Below, one piece after another: positions 52,301 to 55,395 of a stretch of 55,395 nucleotides of DNA. The position numbers were made by a program, and so were the translations under genes. Position 1 is the first letter of the stretch; each line of letters opens with the position of its first letter. Origin of the DNA: Octopus bimaculoides (Eukaryota). Under the pieces are notes generated by a model. That model was not told where the DNA came from and ran no database searches. It worked only from the letters and a program-made list of their open reading frames with translations. The stretch covers positions 94,291,581 to 94,346,975 of the forward strand of contig NC_068990.1 in the NCBI RefSeq assembly GCF_001194135.2, in the 5' to 3' direction.

Positions 52301-53471
52301 TTATATGTATACACCAAATAAATATGCTCTACAAAGTAAACTGATTTCCTGTTATATTTTTTAAGTCCTGTCATGCCAATAAAACCAAATTCACTAAATA
52401 GATGAGTCACATTATTAGATATTGGTTACGGTAAATAATGATTGTATATCAAATATAATGAAGCTTTTAACGAATACACTAACTTCTATTGATAATCAAA
52501 TATTATTAGCCACAATTAAAAAAAAAAGTCCGTGCTAATTTGATCTGCCTTCCTAATCATCCTCAACTCTGTCAGTTATCGACCTAAAGATAAAAGGACT
52601 TGATTCTGTAGAAGCGACGAAACATGTAAATAAAATCCATCGATAATGAAGGCAACACTAGTTCAGTGTCTCCACGACCACCCACACGATTTCTTTTTTA
52701 ATCCAAGACATCTAAGCAGCATCTATTGATGTGTGCCCATCATAATTGACCACAATAAAAATTAATGTTATAATACGCACACACATTATTATATGAGTGT
52801 TGATAGACACATATTAAAAATAAAAACGTGACCGCTCTTTACAAAATGAAATGCCATCCGTATGAAAGTGTTGTAATAAATATGTTAATGTATTGTAAAT
52901 GAAAAGAAGAAATATTACATAGATATGTCTGAAATGATATAGTTAGGGGGCTCAAATATTAAAACTGTTAACACTTTCCTAGAATTGCTCGCAGAAAACG
53001 TCGCAAATAAAAAGAAAAAGAAAAGCATTTAAATTTACGACTGAATAGAAAAGCAATTGAATAAGGATTGGTGCAAAAATATTATTAAGAATCGTCAAAC
53101 ACACACACAGAAAAGTGTGTAAACAATTGTGTTCTTTGAATCTGTGTGTATATTAGAAAGCAATATATTTCTGGCTCGAAACTGAGGGATCGATTCTGAA
53201 TCGGGAAACCGTCTGCAATTGTTCCCCCAATTTGTGAACGACACACAACAACGCCATATTGTTAGAAGAGAGAACGACCACGCATTGCTTTGGAAATCGA
53301 GAATCGATCACAATTTGCCACCTAACTCAAAGTCATTATGTTCTAGTGTTTCACTGTTTCATATTTAAAAAAACAAAAAAGCATATATCAAAGCAAGAAA
53401 ACAAACAAATTCATTAAATACGCAAAAACAATAACAAAATGTCACAAACCTTCCCGAGTAAATCCCTCCAT
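14951..53471 (-). CDS. SF3B1: Splicing factor 3B subunit 1; 21 coding exons, 4074 nt, 1357 aa
   Basis: All 20 introns GT-AG with matching phases. Recognisable ULM RWDETP motifs, [27 protein letters not shown] repeats and C-terminal YIRYELDY.L. Hotspot-equivalent residues in [13 protein letters not shown] and QQKVRT are retained. Confidence 0.96.
15246..15460 (+). mobile_element. tRNA-type SINE
   Basis: AAGACAGCGAGCTGCAAGAATCGTTAGCAC...TTCTGAATTCAAATCC...GACTTTGCCTTTCATCCTTTCAGGGTCAATAAATTAAATACCAG. Confidence 0.7.
16543..16759 (-). CDS. SF3B1: SF3B1 exon 20
   Basis: [18 protein letters not shown]...ILQYALQ; 217 nt. Confidence 0.97.
17055..17431 (-). repeat. Partial duplicate of SF3B1 terminal exon and 3'UTR inside intron 19
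   Basis: Matches 14666-15058 except for (GT)n length (9 vs 14) and one AGAAAG unit; lacks the acceptor and the first 17 codons. Confidence 0.95.
17520..18100 (-). mobile_element. Degraded RTE-like reverse-transcriptase relic
   Basis: Minus strand ~17730-17775 reads [15 protein letters not shown], resembling the RT LLYADDLVL motif. Confidence 0.55.
18413..18685 (-). CDS. SF3B1: SF3B1 exon 19
   Basis: [34 protein letters not shown]...EDALMDR; 273 nt. Confidence 0.97.
19351..19536 (-). CDS. SF3B1: SF3B1 exon 18
   Basis: [19 protein letters not shown]...[20 protein letters not shown]; 186 nt. Confidence 0.97.
20201..20317. repeat. 28-bp minisatellite, ~4.2 copies
   Basis: TTCTGCAGAAAAGACAGC(C/A)TTAACTGGA x4 with alternating variants. 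Confidence 0.95.
20815..20993 (-). CDS. SF3B1: SF3B1 exon 17
   Basis: [25 protein letters not shown]...LTPILKNR; 179 nt. Confidence 0.97.
21497..21679 (-). CDS. SF3B1: SF3B1 exon 16
   Basis: [28 protein letters not shown]...MKTCQE; 183 nt. Confidence 0.97.
21860..22130 (+). mobile_element. RTE-tail repeat with internal ~60-bp tandem units
   Basis: Three GCCAGT..ACTGGC..GTGCC.GTGGCACGTAAAAA-like units, then the CCAACCCATGCTAGCATGGAAA...GATGAT tail. Confidence 0.65.
22743..22964 (-). CDS. SF3B1: SF3B1 exon 15
   Basis: [18 protein letters not shown]...FQEQTTE; 222 nt. Confidence 0.97.
23050..23357 (+). mobile_element. RTE 3' end/tail repeat
   Basis: GTGCTTGAGAAGAAGACCC...GGTGTTAGGAAGGGCATCCAGCTGTAGAAAC...GTTAAATGATGATGA. 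Confidence 0.65.
23651..23776 (-). CDS. SF3B1: SF3B1 exon 14
   Basis: [42 protein letters not shown]; 126 nt. Confidence 0.97.
23930..24068 (-). mobile_element. tRNA-type SINE fragment
   Basis: GGTACTTACTTATGAACCCC...AAAGTCAACCTCAGTGAGAGTTGAACCCAGAAC matches the 15246 family reversed. Confidence 0.55.
24080..24226 (-). CDS. SF3B1: SF3B1 exon 13
   Basis: [49 protein letters not shown]; 147 nt. Confidence 0.97.
24301..24410 (-). mobile_element. RTE-tail repeat (inverted)
   Basis: TCATCATC...TTTTCCATGCTGGCATGGGTTGGACAGTTTGAC. Confidence 0.6.
25393..25563 (+). mobile_element. RTE-tail repeat, well preserved
   Basis: GAGTGGTTGGCGTTAGGAAGGGCATCAAGCTGTAGAAAC...GTTAAACGATGATGATGATGA. Confidence 0.7.
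25749..25894 (-). CDS. SF3B1: SF3B1 exon 12
   Basis: [48 protein letters not shown]; 146 nt. Confidence 0.97.
26337..26607 (-). CDS. SF3B1: SF3B1 exon 11
   Basis: [30 protein letters not shown]...EIIEHG; 271 nt. Confidence 0.97.
26720..26986 (-). CDS. SF3B1: SF3B1 exon 10
   Basis: [27 protein letters not shown]...EIISNLAK; 267 nt. Confidence 0.97.
27860..27961 (-). CDS. SF3B1: SF3B1 exon 9
   Basis: [34 protein letters not shown]; 102 nt. Confidence 0.97.
28409..28609 (-). CDS. SF3B1: SF3B1 exon 8
   Basis: [18 protein letters not shown]...[12 protein letters not shown]; 201 nt. Confidence 0.96.
28782..29242 (-). CDS. SF3B1: SF3B1 exon 7
   Basis: [13 protein letters not shown]...(MTPGG)n...[23 protein letters not shown]; 461 nt. 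Confidence 0.96.
29862..30318 (-). CDS. SF3B1: SF3B1 exon 6
   Basis: [14 protein letters not shown]...KRRRWDQ...[13 protein letters not shown]; 457 nt. Confidence 0.96.
30455..31070 (+). mobile_element. RTE-clade LINE 3' fragment
   Basis: Reads [19 protein letters not shown]...[16 protein letters not shown]...[17 protein letters not shown] with stops, then 3'UTR tandem units. Confidence 0.8.
31773..31852 (-). CDS. SF3B1: SF3B1 exon 5
   Basis: [26 protein letters not shown]; 80 nt, phase 1 to 0. Confidence 0.93.
34030..34117 (-). other. Candidate cryptic PTC exon A in SF3B1 intron 4 (alternative acceptor at 34089)
   Basis: Long pyrimidine tract ending ctag at 34118; donor ACT|gtacgt; in-frame stop from either acceptor. 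No expression evidence. Confidence 0.4.
35203..35949 (+). mobile_element. Internally deleted Tc1/mariner element, probably DD37D (maT)-like
   Basis: TA|CAGGGTGCAGATGATATTCACTTGCA vs inverted TGCAAATGAATACTATCTACAACCTG|TA; decayed KFPATIMVF...KVVKP..QQDSA...WLSKNF...CNPLDFFVW. Confidence 0.8.
36655..36701 (-). other. Candidate cryptic frameshifting exon B in SF3B1 intron 4
   Basis: TACTAAT branch motif, tctttcctttctag acceptor, 47-nt body, CAT|gtgagg donor. No expression evidence. Confidence 0.45.
39374..39553. other. Assembly gap flanked by (TA)n
   Basis: Run of N. Confidence 0.99.
40126..40844 (-). mobile_element. Decayed mariner transposon, 3' half (5' part runs into the gap)
   Basis: TA|TTGGGTCATCCCATAAATAATGCGG terminus; [60 protein letters not shown]. 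Confidence 0.88.
40845..41715. other. Assembly gap (871 N)
   Basis: Run of N. Confidence 0.99.
41716..42023. repeat. Compound (TA)/(CA)/(TACA) microsatellite
   Basis: Direct reading. Confidence 0.95.
42068..43037 (+). mobile_element. Decayed Tc1-like (DD34E-type) transposon
   Basis: [12 protein letters not shown] start; QDNTPCHT and [13 protein letters not shown] motifs; right TIR-like GGGTGCTTTTACTTCTGGCCAAGGCAG|TA; left TIR not seen. Confidence 0.7.
43343..43610 (-). mobile_element. RTE-tail repeat (inverted)
   Basis: CAGCTGGATGCCCTTCCTAACACCAAC and reversed tail. Confidence 0.6.
43970..44376 (+). mobile_element. RTE 3' end with tandem units and tail
   Basis: GTGCTTGAGAAAACC..., three GCCAGT..ACTGGC units, GGCGTTAGGAAGGGCATCCAGCTGTAG...GACGTTAAAT. 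Confidence 0.7.
45756..45873 (-). CDS. SF3B1: SF3B1 exon 4
   Basis: [40 protein letters not shown]; 118 nt. Confidence 0.95.
46000..46180 (+). mobile_element. RTE-tail repeat
   Basis: GAGTGGTTGGCATTAGGAAGGGCATCCAGCCGTAGAAACC...CCCATGCCAGCAC. Confidence 0.6.
47643..47726 (-). CDS. SF3B1: SF3B1 exon 3
   Basis: [28 protein letters not shown]; 84 nt, tttatag/gtaaga. Confidence 0.88.
48357..48529 (-). CDS. SF3B1: SF3B1 exon 2
   Basis: [13 protein letters not shown]...[13 protein letters not shown]...[15 protein letters not shown]; 173 nt. Confidence 0.92.
48630..48830 (-). mobile_element. RTE-tail repeat (inverted)
   Basis: GGCTGGATGCTCTTCCTATTGCCAACCAC and reversed tail. Confidence 0.55.
53450..53471 (-). 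CDS. SF3B1: SF3B1 exon 1 coding part (predicted)
   Basis: aacaaaaATGGAGGGATTTACTCGGGAAG|gtttgt gives MEGFTRE(D); phase 1 matches exon 2; lies in a CpG-retaining region. Confidence 0.62.
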
Positions 53472-53673
53472 TTTTGTTATTTTCAGTTCGCTTCGCTTTA
53501 CTTCAAGGAAATGTACAATATCGTATTCAACTCGTGCAATGTCACACGCACAAACAGGTCTCCACCTGAACAGTACTTAATTTAGTGAATTGGTGTACTT
53601 GAGTGTGTGTGTGTATAAATATATATATATATATAATGAAAATACGGTTATTTTGAATAATTAATATATATAA

Positions 53674-53711
<38 letters not shown>

Positions 53712-53913
53712 NNNNNNNNNNNNNNNNNNNNNNNNNNNNNNNNNNNNNNNNNNNNNNNNNNNNNNNNNNNNNNNNNNNNNNNNNNNNNNNNNNNNNNNNN
53801 NNNNNNNNNNNNNNNNNNNNNNNNNNNNNNNNNNNNNNNNNNNNNNNNNNNNNNNNNNNNNNNNNNNNNNNNNNNNNNNNNNNNNNNNNNNNNNNNNNNN
53901 NNNNNNNNNNNNN
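53712..53913. other. Assembly gap inside (TA)n upstream of SF3B1
   Basis: Run of N. Confidence 0.99.
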
Positions 53914-55249
53914 TATATATATATATATAGTGAGAGAGAGAGAACAATAGTTTTTTGTTTTTTTTTAATTATATAAACTTTAACTTTCCATTTTAATATA
54001 ACCAAGTGAATTCTTAAAACTACAGATAACGCAGTACAGACGGCTGACACTAGATAAAATGCTTAGTTCATTTATTCCCTTCTTCGTTTATGTTGTCAGC
54101 TATTTCTCTTTAGCCACAAACCTTCTCCATAATTTTTGTACTCGTGTCAGATGTGTTAAGACTTGATTTATAGAGAGATATCGATCTGACAATGTAATTA
54201 CTAATGTACATAAACGCATAAAAGGTGATAACAAATTTTGCGTCTTTGTCGTAATGAAACAAATTTGACATGATTTCATACAATATTTGTTTAATTCGTT
54301 AAGGAACGAGCGATATAAATATTATCTGTTATTGTTATTTGTATTTATAGACCACACGAAGTAAACGGAAAGAGAGAAAACGACAATTGAAGTTAATAAA
54401 TAAGACATGGCTGACATAAACATATATGCACACACGTATCTCAAAACTTGGTCGATTTTTTTAATTTTTAACTATGTACCTTACAATAAATATATTGCCA
54501 CATCCACACTAGTCGTTGGCAAGGCCGTTTTTTTTTTTTTTCAAGTTAATGAACATGTAATGCCATTGTCATGCTACTATTATTTAATGCGTATTTGCCG
54601 CTCTGAGTTCAAATCCCACTGAGTCCACATACCTTTCAACCTTGAAGGAGGGGGGAGTCAATAAAATAAAGTACTAGTCAAGTACTCGCGTCGATGGTAT
54701 CGATTAATCCATCCCACCAAAAAAATTTCTACATTTGTACCTAAATTAGAAACCATTATTAGGTTACTGCTTGGTGGTATGCATCTTAGACGCTGATCAA
54801 GACTATTAAAGGTAGCAGTTAATATCAAAGGTTGGCTATTTAATTAAATAAAACTGCTGAACGTCAAGCATCGTTTGAGACTTCGGTTCTATTTCCATAA
54901 ATACAGCACAACACTGCATCACGTGATATGACAGGGGCTTGGCTGCGACACTTTGCTACAAAAGCAAGAACGAAGTCACTTCTGAACATTTAACAAATTA
55001 TTTATTAGGAACTGGCATGATGAGTATTGGAAAAGTTTTCTGTAACAGGGGGGCAAAAAAACTGAAACTTGAAAAGTACATTTTTAGTAGTATAACATCA
55101 AGTGATAATGTCACCAGTTCGTCCACAAAAGAAACAATAGTGTTCCTTGGATCATTTTAAATCCTTTTAAATTCCAAAAATGAACCTTCTCCATTGTTGT
55201 CAATTGACATATATATATTCTTTTACTTGTCTCAGTCATTTGACTGTGG

Positions 55250-55294
<45 letters not shown>

Positions 55295-55395
55295 TACAAG
55301 ACTAGGTGAAAAGCGCTTCATTTAATATGTGACATTAATAAAAATCTGTAAATGTACAAACATCCAGGTTTCTGAGTACCTTAATTAATTTTTTT

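Noticed and set aside
14951-53471. U12-type introns or non-canonical splice sites in SF3B1
   Set aside because: All 20 donors are ordinary GT (none GTATCCTT) and all acceptors are AG.
54407-54622. Possible divergent gene start (aagacATGGCTGAC)
   Set aside because: No recognisable protein or convincing donor; runs into a SINE fragment.

Overview
AT-rich, microsatellite- and retroelement-rich animal genomic DNA with five N gaps. The repeat content suggests a cephalopod such as Octopus; this is an inference, not a database result. The left ~8 kb holds one replication-dependent core-histone quartet (<-H2B H2A-> ... <-H3 [gap] H4->), each gene with a 3' stem-loop and no H1 in the window. An orphan H2B 3' remnant with an intact stem-loop lies downstream of H2B. 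The rest is a 21-exon SF3B1 gene on the minus strand (CDS 53471->14951, 4074 nt, 1357 aa; all introns GT-AG and phase-consistent; exon 1 is less certain). Introns and spacers hold RTE-LINE/SINE relics, three Tc1/mariner-type relics and a 595-bp foldback element with an 8-bp TSD. The best leads are: (i) PTC-introducing cryptic exons with strong splice signals and adjacent hairpins in SF3B1 intron 4, the intron that carries decoy exons in human, suggesting an autoregulatory module; (ii) a near-identical partial copy of the terminal exon and 3'UTR inside intron 19; (iii) the preserved orphan histone 3'-processing signal and pyrimidine-rich sequence where purine-rich histone downstream elements are expected. 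All non-histone, non-SF3B1 calls come from reading motifs by eye, and repeat boundaries are approximate.
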